Shown here: one piece after another, positions 14,801 through 27,600 of the stretch
Layout: every line of letters starts with the position of its first letter
How positions within the stretch are numbered: the stretch's first letter is position 1
Assembly: GCA_040954595.2 (NCBI GenBank)
Contig: CM082583.2
Coordinates: 8,354,154 to 8,418,153 of the forward strand
Direction: 5' to 3'
Source of the DNA: Balanoglossus misakiensis
Lineage: Eukaryota > Animalia > Hemichordata
Length of the DNA stretch: 64,000 nucleotides
Program-made: the position numbers and the translations under genes
The notes under the pieces: model-generated
The model's input: the letters and a program-made list of their open reading frames with translations, nothing else
What the model was told of the DNA's origin: nothing
Databases searched by the model: none

Positions 14801-17800
14801 TCACGTCAGACCTGCACCAGGCCTGTCCCGTCAGACCTGCACCAGGCCTGTCACGTCAGACCTGCACCAGGCCTGTCACGTCAGACCTGCACCAGGCCTG
14901 TCACGTCAGACCTGCACCAGGCCTGTCACGTCAGACCTGCACCAGGCCTGTCACGTCAGACCTGCAGCAGACCTGTCAGAACAGACCTGCACCAGGCCTG
15001 TCCCGTCAGACCTGCACCAGGCCTGTCACGTCAGACCTGCACCAGGCCTGTCACGTCAGACCTGCACCAGGCCTGTCACGTCAGACCTGCAGCAGGCCTG
15101 TCACGTCAGACCTGCACCAGGCCTGTCACGTCAGACCTGCAGCAGACCTGTCACGTCAGACCTGCACCAGGCCTGTCACGTCAGACCTGCACCAGGCCTG
15201 TCACGTCAGACCTGCAGCAGGCCTGTCAGAACTGACCTGCAGCAGGCCTGTCAGAACAGACCTGTTGCATGTCTGTCAGAACAGACCTGGTGCAGGTCTG
15301 GCAGATCAGACCTGTGGCAGGTCTGACAGATCAGGTCTGGTGCATGGCTTGCATGTCAGACATGCAGCATACCTGACAGGGCAGGTATGCTGCACGCATG
15401 TGACAGACCCGGTGCAGACAAATCCTGGTGCAGGTCTGTCAATCTTTAGCTGTGCACAACTAAAGTTCACCAGGTCTGCACCAGGTGCGGTGCATGTCCG
15501 GTGCATGTCTGACCAACAGGTCATGTGCAGCAATATGGCCCCAGACCTGCAGCAGTCTGCTGGATCAGACCTGCACCAGGCCTGTCCCGTCAGACCTGCA
15601 CCAGGCCTGTCCCATCAGACCTGCACCAGGCCTGTTCCGTCAGACCTGCACCAGGCCTGTCACGTCAGACCTGCACCAGGCCTGTCAGAACAGACCTGCA
15701 CCAGGCCTGTCATGTCAGACCTGCACCAGGCCTGTCACGTCAGACCTGCACCAGGCCTGTCACGTCAGACCTGCACCAGGCCTGTCACGTCAGACCTGCA
15801 CCAGGCCTGTCACGTCAGACCTGCAGCAGGCCTGTCACGTCAGACCTGCACCAGGCCTGTCACGTCAGACCTGCACCAGGCCTGTCACGTCAGACCTGCA
15901 CCAGGCCTGTCACGTCAGACCTGCACCAGGCCTGTCACGTCAGACCTGCAGCAGACCTGTCAGAACAGACCTGCAGCAGGCCTGTCACGTCAGACCTGCA
16001 GCAGGCCTGTCACGTCAGACCTGCACCAGGCCTGTCCCGTCAGACCTGCACCAGGCCTGTCACGTCAGACCTGCACCAGGCCTGTCACGTCAGACCTGCA
16101 CCAGGCCTGTCACGTCAGACCTGCACCAGGCCTGTCACGTCAGACCTGCAGCAGACCTGTCAGAACAGACCTGCACCAGGCCTGTCCCGTCAGACCTGCA
16201 CCAGGCCTGTCACGTCAGACCTGCACCAGGCCTGTCATGTCAGACCTGCACCAGGCCTGTCACGTCAGACCTGCAGCAGGCCTGTCACGTCAGACCTGCA
16301 CCAGGCCTGTCACGTCAGACCTGCAGCAGACCTGTCACGTCAGACCTGCACCAGGCCTGTCACGTCAGACCTGCACCAGGCCTGTCACGTCAGACCTGCA
16401 GCAGGCCTGTCAGAACTGACCTGCAGCAGGCCTGTCAGAACAGACCTGTTGCATGTCTGTCAGAACAGACCTGGTGCAGGTCTGGCAGATCAGACCTGTG
16501 GCAGGTCTGACAGATCAGGTCTGGTGCATGGCTTGCATGTCAGACATGCAGCATACCTGACAGGGCAGGTATGCTGCACGCATGTGACAGACCCGGTGCA
16601 GACAAATCCTGGTGCAGGTCTGTCAATCTTTAGCTGTGCACAACTAAAGTTCACCAGGTCTGCACCAGGTGTGGTGCATGTCCGGTGCATGTCTGACCAA
16701 CAGGTCATGTGCAGCAATATGGCCCCAGACCTGCAGCAGTCTGCTGGATCAGACCTGCACCAGGCCTGTCCCGTCAGACCTGCACCAGGCCTGTCCCGTC
16801 AGACCTGCACCAGGCCTGTCACGTCAGACCTGCACCAGGCCTGTCACGTCAGACCTGCACCAGGCCTGTCACGTCAGACCTGCACCAGGCCTGTCAGAAC
16901 AGACCTGCACCAGGCCTGTCCCGTCAGACCTGCACCAGGCCTGTCATGTCAGACCTGCAGCAGACCTGTCCCGTCAGACCTGCACCAGGCCTGTCCCGTC
17001 AGACCTGCACCAGGCCTGTCACGTCAGACCTGCACCAGGCCTGTCACGTCAGACCTGCACCAGGCCTGTCACGTCAGACCTGCACCAGGCCTGTCATGTC
17101 AGACCTGCACCAGGCCTGTCACGTCAGACCTGCACCAGGCCTGTCACGTCAGACCTGCACCAGGCCTGTCACGTCAGACCTGCAGCAGACCTGTCACGTC
17201 AGACCTGCACCAGGCCTGTCACGTCAGACCTGCACCAGGCCTGTCACGTCAGACCTGCAGCAGGCCTGTCAGAACAGACCTGCAGCAGGCCTGTCAGAAC
17301 AGACCTGGTGCAGGTCTGTCAGAACAGACCTGGTGCAGGTCTGGCAGATCAGACCTGGTGCAGGTCTGGCAGATCAGACCTGTGGCTGGTCTGACAGATC
17401 AGGTCTGGTGCATGGCTTGCATGTCAGACATGCAGCATACCTGACAGGGCAGGTATGCTGCACGCATGTGACAGACCCGGTGCAGACAAATCCTGGTGCA
17501 GGTCTGTCAATCTTTAGCTGTGCACAACTAAAGTTCACCAGGTCTGCACCAGGTGTGGTGCATGTCCGGTGCATGTCTGACCAACAGGTCATGTGCAGCA
17601 ATATGGCCCCAGACCTGCAGCAGTCTGCTGGATCAGACCTGCACCAGGCCTGTCCCGTCAGACCTGCACCAGGCCTGTCCCGTCAGACCTGCACCAGGCC
17701 TGTCCCGTCAGACCTGCACCAGGCCTGTCACGTCAGACCTGCACCAGGCCTGTCACGTCAGACCTGCACCAGGCCTGTCAGAACAGACCTGCACCAGGCC

Positions 17801-20800
17801 TGTCCCGTCAGACCTGCAGCAGACCTGTCATGTCAGACCTGCAGCAGACCTGTCCCGTCAGACCTGCACCAGGCCTGTCCCGTCAGACATACACCAGGCC
17901 TGTCACGTCAGACCTGCACCAGGCCTGTCACGTCAGACCTGCACCAGGCCTGTCACGTCAGACCTGCACCAGGCCTGTCACGTCAGACCTGCACCAGGCC
18001 TGTCACGTCAGACCTGCACCAGGCCTGTCACGTCAGACCTGCACCAGGCCTGTCACGTCAGACCTGCACCAGGCCTGTCACGTCAGACCTGCACCAGGCC
18101 TGTCACGTCAGACCTGCACCAGGCCTGTCACGTCAGACCTGCACCAGGCCTGTCACGTCAGACCTGCACCAGGCCTGTCACGTCAGACCTGCACCAGGCC
18201 TGTCACGTCAGACCTGCACCAGGCCTGTCCCGTCAGACCTGCACCAGGCCTGTCACGTCAGACCTGCACCAGGCCTGTCACGTCAGACCTGCACCAGGCC
18301 TGTCACGTCAGACCTGCACCAGGCCTGTCACGTCAGACCTGCACCAGGCCTGTCACGTCAGACCTGCACCAGGCCTGTCACGTCAGACCTGCACCAGGCC
18401 TGTCACGTCAGACCTGCAGCAGGCCTGTCAGAACAGACCTGCAGCAGGCCTGTCAGAACAGACCTGGTGCAGGTCTGGAAGATCAGACCTGGTGCAGGTC
18501 TGGCAGATCAGACCTGTGGCAGGTCTGACAGATCAGGTCTGGTGCATGGCTTGCATGTCAGACATGCAGCATACCTGACAGGGCAGGTATGCTGCACGCA
18601 TGTGACAGACCCGGTGCAGACAAATCCTGGTGCAGGTCTGTCAATCTTTAGCTGTGTAGGAGAGATGTCTGCCATGTGAATTGTGAAACGATAACAAGAT
18701 AAACGAATTAAGTCGGAGTTAATGAATTTCTCAATATCTAGAGTTGGAATTGAACAGATTGAACTGAGTATTTTAAAAGAACGTCCATGATTGCTGTCAG
18801 CAGCTGAGACTTTGGGTCTACCACTTCTGTCAGAGTTATCAAATTCCAGTCACAGTGTGCCAGTCAAGGCTGTTAAATTGTAACAGTTAATTTGCATCCG
18901 TTGTAGTTTTGGGTGAAACGACTGGCAAATTGTCCTTTTGTGCAGCAGAGGCTAATTCTCTAAGGTCATGACGATGAAATTAGCTTTTTTGTTGTTGAAA
19001 ACTTTGACAAGAAGCTGTGGAAAAAAAATCTTTTCTCTTTCCGAAATGACCAACCTCCGCGGATATTTCAGCCGAGATTTTACAGATATATTTTATTTCT
19101 TGACAGAGTCAGAACATGGCGACACACGGGAGAAAGGGCAACTGCTGCAGTCACTGAAATACGCATGTTATCGCCACGTTGACTCCTACAGCTGGTTTCT
19201 GATACTGCCCGACCACAAAGTTTACATCGACTACACGTTAATGGAAGAATTCCTTCGCCAGTTGAACAACTCTCAGGTTGTTTACATGGGTAAGGACGGT
19301 TCATTCAATCTGTTGCCTGAATTTTCTACCAACTTAACGAAACGTTAGTGCCATGTTGGCTGTGAGGGCGCTTTGCCAAATTAGAATTAGAATTGTCTCT
19401 TTCTGTTAACCAGGATCTTCGGATGAAAGTGGGACGTATTGTCTGGCTGGTCCGGGATTCCTTCTGAGCAGGAAAGCGTTACAGCATGTCTGTCCTTACC
19501 TAGATGAATGTTTCAAAGAGAGTAGCGGGCAATACCATGGTGACAAGGTCATAGGTCAGTGTGTTCATAAACACGCGGGCATCCATTGTACACCAGTTGA
19601 GAAGGTGAGCAATTTATAAATATCTATATTTCGCAGAAACATTATTTTCGTTCTTTCAAACCATTATACATAGTCTCCTTCGTCTGCTCTGAAATACCGC
19701 TGCTGAGTGGAGTCCCATATGTTGGTGTAGCAACGAACAACAAAACCAATATACCGCAACCACCTGTTGATGGCCACCAAGGCGAATAACACTACTGAGC
19801 TGTGGTCAACTTCTTAAGCTTAGTTTTCATCCTAATTGATCATCTCTACTGGCAGCTGTGTAGGGTTGTCCATAAAATATTTTAATAACCCATTTGGAGT
19901 ATTTCTGACCTATATGTATGATCTTTATGATAATTTCAGGAATATTTTCTTGACATCACATCTCTGCCCGATCTTGATGGAGATTCAAGCCACCTGTCGT
20001 CACTACAGAATGCTATTTCTGTTTACCCAGTGAAGGACATCCCAGACCTGTACCGCATCCACCGCTACAAGAGCAAGGTGAAGCTGGAAGAGTTAAATAA
20101 TCAAAGAGAGCGTCTGGTTGACGTTGTGGAGACCATGGATTCGCTGATGGATTCGGGGAACAGTGACGGTGGAGCTGGAATGCACAGCGTTGAGACTGCG
20201 GGGATGAGTCGTCGACTCGGAGATGGCGGACTTGATGGTGTGTGGGAGTACGCGGCAAGCGCAGTGGTCAAGTCCGGACAGTTGAGGACCAAGCCCATCA
20301 TGGGACACGCACTGGAGGCCGAATTACGGGACATCATCACCGATGCTCTGCGGGCCTTACCGGAACCACCGACGGCGGCCGCGGTTGACGTCTACAGGAG
20401 ATGCGACGCTCGGCACGTGCAGTACAGGGTCGCCGTTCACCATGGCAACCGCGTCCACCACGTCGACATCTCGCAGAGATTGGGCAAAATGGCGGCGCTC
20501 TCTGCGCAGACGCTGAAGACCGCGAGAATGAACTTTGTTGTCGTTCTATCGGACGACTCCGCGCACTTTCAGCAGTTCATGCACAACTTTGAAAAATGCT
20601 GTCTTCTGGAGAGCGCCACCAATTCCTCGCTACTTGTTCTCATTTCCAAGCGCGGGTCGCACAGCAAACCGACGAACATCATGGATTTGTTAGCGCTCTA
20701 TCAACATAAATACCCCGCGATAACAATGAGGAACATCTACGTCGAGAACGAAACCACAACGTCCAAAGACCTACGGGCGACTTTGGAAGCATTCAACAAG

Positions 20801-21151
20801 GAAGACCTTCTTATAATCTTGACTGGCGATACAGATTTCAACAACGACTTCTTACAGAGGTGCCAACTGACCGCTATCTACGGCCACCAGCTTTACAATC
20901 CAATACCCTTTCAGTTTTTCAACAATGCGAGAGAAGATGGCCAGTTGGGTGACAGTGTTGGCTTTTGGGATTCGGGGAACAGAAATGTTATATGCGGTTA
21001 CCAAGGTGACATCTTTAGTTCACCTGCCATGGACAAGTTGGAGAGTGCTGTCAGTGATCATGACACTTTGTTGTCTAATCTGTTTGAGTTAATCACTAGT
21101 GTTAATATCGTTCGAACCCCCGATGACGGAATCATGATTCATGTGGTTTGA
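11827..21151 (+). CDS. CHPF: Chondroitin polymerizing factor-like (CHPF/CHPF2 family)
   Basis: Exons 11827-12328, 19107-19289, 19414-19604, 19940-21151, GT-AG and phase-consistent. TM anchor; PRFARGELSMRKLL resembles CHPF TRYISTELGIRQRL; WFLILPD lacks the CHSY DDD; YCLAGPGFLLSR; VYPVKD..LYRIHRY; DFLQRCQLTAIYGHQLYNPIPFQ, GFWD. Confidence 0.8.
13012..18656 (+). mobile_element. Head-to-tail pentamer of a non-autonomous CAC...GTG TIR element (CACTA/EnSpm-like) in CHPF intron 1
   Basis: Units 13012-14245, 14246-15454, 15455-16638, 16639-17522, 17523-18656 (1234, 1209, 1184, 884, 1134 bp; differences are multiples of 25). Each starts CACAACTAAAG and ends CTTTAGCTGTG (10/11 TIR). TA at 13010-13011 and 18657-18658 only. 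Confidence 0.85.
13100..18470 (+). repeat. 25-bp minisatellite inside each element unit
   Basis: Consensus GTCAGACCTGCACCAGGCCTGTCAC, with variants CAGAA/CCC/CAT/GCAGCAG; the motif flips orientation (AGACCTGGTGCAGGTCTG) near each right end. Confidence 0.97.
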
Positions 21152-21791
21152 ACATATGTTATCAGGCCAGATCTTGTTTTAATCAGAAAAGAAAGAAAAA
21201 CAAGTTAACTTTACGACGACTGTAAGAAGATAAGCCACACCACACCACATCATCATCATCGTTGTTGTTGTTTTTTGAGGGTGGGACCATGAGCGTTTTA
21301 CTATTTACCATTCAAATATAAGTATACCATGTTGATAATTCCAGTCATAAATGCCCCCACGTGTGTTTGAGTCCACGGCGAAGACAATTGGTCGTGGCTT
21401 TGTGCCTCTATTTGCATTTAACGTGTTCGTTGTTTTCTTAACGGTGTCGTGGTAATGGCGATCCATTGTGTATTTGCATGTAACGGGACACTCAGACAAG
21501 AACTGCGGCATGTCCGTCTTGTGGATACACCGCTTTGAAAAGTACCGCGTTTGGTCTACAGATGGGGAGAAAGCGATGTCCAAAGAAAATCAAGAGATAT
21601 GCGAGCTTCCCTTTATGGGGTTTGTCGTTCATATAGACTCGAAGCAATGGACACTTCTGTCTGAGAACCGGGCCTTGCTTGGGCCATAGCTAGTCAGCAT
21701 TATTGGTTATTGGCCCGAGTACGCGTTCAAATCTGAGTTATCATACACGCAAATGCAAGATTGATCAAATATATCAGCGCCGCTGGTCCGC

Positions 21792-21805
21792 ATCGCCATA
21801 GTAAC
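21792..21805. promoter_or_regulatory. RFX X-box-like motif upstream of SAXO-like gene 1
   Basis: ATCGCCATAGTAAC (reverse GTTACTATGGCGAT); a second motif GTTGCCATGGGCAC at 23520-23533. Confidence 0.45.
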
Positions 21806-24653
21806 CACGGTGGGGGCGTGCTGTAGCGATATGGTGACCCCCTGGCACTTGAGAGGATCGAAACAATTGATCTATGCCAGCTTTGTCCCCCGTTGATTTG
21901 ACTACAAAAGCATTCACGAAGAAATACGATCGATACACTTGATACCGGAGTGCGCTCGCATAGCCAAACACCGGCGCTATACAAGCTGTGCGCTGACAAT
22001 AGACGGCTTTACTCGGTATCCTGTATGCACACACTTCTATTTCCACAGCTTGACAGCAGTGTCCGTTCGAGTCGAGCCACCTGTTGAGAAGGTCGCGAAG
22101 AACGTCGAGGAGTCTCCGCGGGTCCAACGCCTCGCAGCCTGTTGTCACGACCATGGGTAAAAGAAAGGAAAGGTAGCGTGTCATTGTATGCTTGATAGGC
22201 CTTGTAAAAGTTTAATGTAATTATCGCGCCTGTCGCGGACGTCCGCGCTCCATTAGCCCACCACATATAGCTTTCAACGCCATTGTTATAGCGTTCATTA
22301 ACGAGCAACTATAAATTGGGGTTATATGATGTTCTATATGCGCGTTATGTCACAGTTTTGGTATAGGCCTACCGTGTTGGATTGTCTGGGCGCATTCGTT
22401 CACAAGAGATCCCGTTTTAAAATGCAGACGCAGTTAACCGAATCCATGGCGATAGACAAGAGTGTATGATGCTGGCGATCTGTTAAGAGGTTCAAACGAA
22501 CGGGTTGGCATTGCTGGGCTCTCTGTATTTTCCAAGACATTGTTTGAGGTTGCCTAATTTGACGGACAGTGTTCGTTGTCGCGTGAATCCATGTGCAAAT
22601 CCTCTCAAACTATAAGGAAATTCGTTTTGTTTTTCAGTGGGTAAAAAAACGATGTTTACATTTCCATGCACGTATGAGGCGTTGCGTGTACGATCATGTA
22701 AATCGACCCTATTCTCGACACCAAACCCAAAAGAAAAGTGCTGCTAATTTGCCTTAGAGTTCAGTACTTGCAGCTCAAATGTGCAACAATCTCTCTCAAC
22801 AAAGCAACAAAACACCAGGAACGCCGTATCTATGTCATGTATGTGGATATCCAACCTGAGCGCATGACCTATTTGAGATAAGTTTGTTGTAGAAACGGGA
22901 GATATGGCCTTTATAGTTTCCGTTCAACACGAATGTTCGTGCCATTGACTGCTCATAACTACTTGTACAAAATATACTTCGCATCAAAAACGAAAACACT
23001 CTTTTATTTTTTTCGCACAACATTCAAATTGTGACTGCTATTTCTTTTCCGAAGCGCGATCGATTGTATTCTGTGGGCCGGGGACCTCACACTTGTAGAA
23101 TTCGCCCTATCGACGCCTGCGGTTCAAATTGGAATATCCAAATGCTATGCCTCATATGTGGTCTCTAACCGCGTCTAAGAGCATTATAATGACTGAAAAA
23201 TCCTAAGTCTAAATCTTCAAGTATTACGAAGGCTATACATGTACATTCAAAATACCAGTTCTTTATCCGAACAAATCCGATTCAACTTTGTATGGCGTGG
23301 TATGTTTGTGTTTGGTAAAGTTTAGTGCTACATTCCAAAGTTGTCGAGAACTTCTCAAGTCGGTCATGTCAGCTCCACAATGCGAAGTTCAAGCAATATT
23401 CCGCGTCAAAGTCTGCAATTTATAGATGTTGTCCAAAGTTAACATTTGTCCAAGGCCGACAAAGTACAAGTAGGCATGGTTTTTTCGTTCGCCGCAAGAC
23501 CCATATACAGTTCGGCGTCGTTGCCATGGGCACGTTGTCTGCGGAGGCCCAGGGCAGCTTCACTGAAGCGTCATCTGGAGGATTTACGGCCTCGGAATTC
23601 TAAAGATCTGTTTACATATATCGATTTCCAGCTAAAAAGGGACTATTTTCGATTTGATAGGAACAATACACTTTCAGTGAGCCTCCTCGATTTATTTAGA
23701 GGGTCTTCATCGAAGCATAAACGATAAGAACAATTTAATTTCAACCGGATAAAAAAAAAACAGCACCCGATATAAAACAGATGTTTGTCAAATCCTTGTT
23801 ATATAGGCAGCTCAAATTAGACTCCGGATTAGAATTAAAACCTCACCATCGTGCGAATGTGATTTCACAAACACACATTCCCACGGATGTTAATATTGCA
23901 TATTGGTTATTGTGAATCGTCCTAGGAACCCCGCCCTCTGTTAGATTCCGGCATCCGATTTACACGAATCAGTGCACGTCTTACAGTAGGTGTGTTTTCC
24001 CGACTCGACCGTCCTCTACCTTTGGACGCCTTCTTCGATAAACAGATTAGTTTACCATCGCGTTTCACCTATAGCGATTATTTTTTTTCCTGGTCTCCTG
24101 CCCTCCACCCACTTACACTGTATATTTCATTTGACGTGCGTGTGTCGTAATGATTGTCTTCCAAAAGAACCTTATAGCCTATTGCGTTTCTTACGATTCT
24201 CACACACCATCCCCGGCAATGCCAACCGTTTGTCAACGAGCAGGTGATGGTGCAATTTTATTTCGACAAATACCAGTGGTAACAGGCGATAAAGCTATGC
24301 TGGCACATTGTCATGTCGGATGACATGAAAATGTGTAAGATTACTCACGTTTACAATCACATTCCAACCACGATAAACCCCATTTATACTAACAGCCATT
24401 AATTAATCTGAACTAATTCCGAATGAAGAAATGCGCTGTTCTATACTTGTAGTCCGAACTCTTTAATATTCATTACATTCAACATTCTCGCGAGTCAGAC
24501 CGTTGCCGTAAAGAGGTCGTGGTTTGCGACAACGTACATTCAAATGTTGACGCAAGTTATGATCAACTGACTGAACAAACTAGCGGTAAGAGTTGTGGTT
24601 ACTTGAAATTCCACCTGTAATTGATGCGTGGTCCTTCTTGACTTTCTTGCCAG

Positions 24654-27600
24654 TGACGTGAGCGCTGGAGGGCGCCACCGACCGAGGCGATTCCGAGGGA
24701 TCACCGAGTACAGCAGCACCTTCAAATTCCACGACGCCGCCGCGAAAAGAAGCGGCATACGACCTGTCGGTAATCTGATGTCAAATGAAGGCACTGTGGA
24801 AGGTATCACCGTGCAAAGGTACACCGTCTTTGTATTTTAGGCCTGCACCAGTGTAACTTTACCTGAACAGCAAATTCTACCTCAGTTAACCCAATGGGAA
24901 GTTGATTCAGATCACTCCGCCCATGCAGGATCAAAACAAGATCCTGTGCACTGCAAAATACTGAACGACCACTGTACATCGTGGTAAATACTAGTATAAA
25001 CCGTCCTTTGAGTGTACGTTACGGCAAGGGACAATTCTACCAGATTTCATAGACTCCTTAGGTTTATCTGGAAAGCTACTACTTAACTCAGGTGTGCATC
25101 TTCAGTTATTAAATGATTATATGGATCTTTTCTGAACAGACAAGACTATGTGGAACACCCGATAGACAAAGTCAAACCGTTTCGTCGGTCGGGAGAAATA
25201 ATAGCTCAAGACGGAGAGATGGATCTGAGAACGTCTTACGACAGTGAGTTCACCGGAAAGAAGGGCACCCCGGTGAAATTCGTCAAGCCATCCGACGCCA
25301 TCCTGGTGAAGACGCCGCCAAAGTTCAACGCAAACCCGACTTATAGAGGTAATACGACAGTCTTTTTCAAAGGGAGTTATGTGAAGTGTGTTAAAAAGAG
25401 AATTTGATCAAATCTGTTCACGTACAGCTAATAGTTCGTAAAGGTTGTCCCCAAAAGCAGCCACTTCAAGCAGACAATCGATTTCATACCCATGAATGAG
25501 AACAAGAAACCGTAGCTGATGCGCAGAACAGAATAGAGAGAGAAAAAAAACACGGCCAAAAGTAACGGTCCCTTTGTTAACGTGGGTCGTGAGTGCCAGA
25601 AATGTTAGTTAAGCTACTTGTCCGAAGACATGTGCGTCAAAGATATTTCAACCAACGCAATTCAGTGTTCATTGTCAATCTGAAACCGTGACTGTACAGC
25701 GGCTGCAGTGATGTGTGAGACTGTACTTTTCCATGTATATCTTCACTCACCGTGTAACGTGCGCGCTGTTTACTGGACGGGTGGCTCTACATCTGGCGTG
25801 GAAAGGAAAATACAAGCGAAAGACAAAAGTTTTTATTTCCATTTTGTCCGGTTCTTCTCCGCAGCTGACTACCAGGAATGGGGTTTGAGCAAACGCGAGA
25901 TCGTGAAGGCCCCGGATGAATACGTACCCTCCACAGAACCCATGCAGAATGAGACCACCTTCAGGAGCGAGTTCCAACCCAAACGCGCGTCTCCGCGCAA
26001 GTCCAAGAAACCGGACCAAGAAATGGTCAAGTCCGACCAGCCGATGGAAGGCAAGACGTCCAACCAGCTGGACTTCGTCACACACCCTCTACCTCCCCGA
26101 TTCAAGAAAGAGAAAGAGAACTACCGGATGAGCTCCAGCAAGGTGGAATCCATGACAACGGCGCGAAGAGACTACACGTCGCCCAAGAAAGCCGGCAAGC
26201 AGAAAAGCTGCAAGCCGGTTGAGAAGCCCTTGCACAGCGGCGATCCGTTCGATGACGCCACCACGGCGAAGAGCGACTTCAAGAAGTGGGAGGTGAAGCT
26301 GCCGGTCCTGCATCAACCGGAGACGTACATCAAACCTTCCGGTGAACTGGACACGCTCACTACCTCCCGAAGGGATTTCCCTCCCCGCAAGACAGAGCGT
26401 CCCGGCGTCGCCGTGAAGAGACAGGACCACAGCCTCACAGAGGTGGGCCCGTTCAACGACCTGACCAACTACAAGCAGGACTTCAGGAAGTGGGACGACC
26501 ACGTCCCGGAGCGAAGCCTGGACCCGAGTCGGAAACCGTACGAGAAGCCCAGCCAATCGTTCGGCGGATCCACCAATTACCAGGCCGACTTCGAGAAGAA
26601 GGAACTGTCCCCACGCGAGAACTTCGCGCCAAAGCCACGCGAAAAGGAAACCGGGGAGTTCTATGGCACTACAAGCTACGCCGATGAGTACATATCGAGG
26701 AAAGTATCCGGCAAAGTTCAAAAGACCAGGTATGTTATACCCGGCCTAGCAGTATTCGATGTATATAGTAGGCAAGGTGGGCCTGAGGGTGGCCGTGATG
26801 GAATAAAACTTGAGACGAAGTTAGCATTTTTCAAAGAAAAGCGCTCGGACAGAATATATATATATATTTTTTTATTTTATATACTTAGCTAGAATTTAAC
26901 TGGATTCTGACGTTATCATTTGTTTTTATGCCACAGGATATTGCCCGACCACTACAAAGCACGAACTGTCCTTCCCAAAATCGAAACCATGACCACTCAA
27001 AAGCACGACTATACCACAAAGGAGTTTATCAAAGCGAGAAGTTTCAAACCGGCAGAGGAGCCGCTCAACACGAAGGAACCGTTTGAGGACAAGACAACGT
27101 GTAAGCAAGACTACAAGGAGTGGACCGTCGAGCTGCCCAAAATACACCAGGCCGATGTCTACGTCAAACCGGTCGGCGAGATAGATTTGCAGACGACAAT
27201 GAAGACGGACTTTCCGCCGCGCAAACCGGAGAAGGTCGTCATCAGCAAGCCGCCGTCCAACAAACTGGACGGCAACGTCGCACCGTTCGACGGCGCGACC
27301 AACTACAAGAACAGTTACCAGCCGTACGAAGGACACCGGGCCGAGAAAGGCGCCAACCCCACGCGCAGGCCCTACCAGAAGCCGGAGGAGCGGTTCGCCG
27401 TGACGACCAGTTACGGGGACAGCTTCGACCGCAAGGTGGCCAGTCGCCGCCAAGCCATCAAGCCCAAACCGATGGAGAAGGACACCACGGAAGCATTCGA
27501 CGGCCACACTTCGTACAGAGAAGCATATTTGCCCAGAAAAGCGGAGAAAAGATCGACCATCAATCCGCTCAAATACGGGAATTACATCATGGAATACATT

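Noticed and set aside
13012-18656. CRISPR-like array, or RAG/Transib transposon
   Set aside because: No unique spacers and no cas genes. Ends begin with CAC, but only 2 bp (TA) are duplicated rather than the 5 bp of Transib/RAG, and there is no nonamer or transposase ORF.
13002-18679. Very long ORFs (up to 1125 aa) in all three + frames
   Set aside because: Artefact of a stop-free 25-bp repeat that cycles through frames; all three frames give the same peptide, and the region is inside CHPF intron 1.
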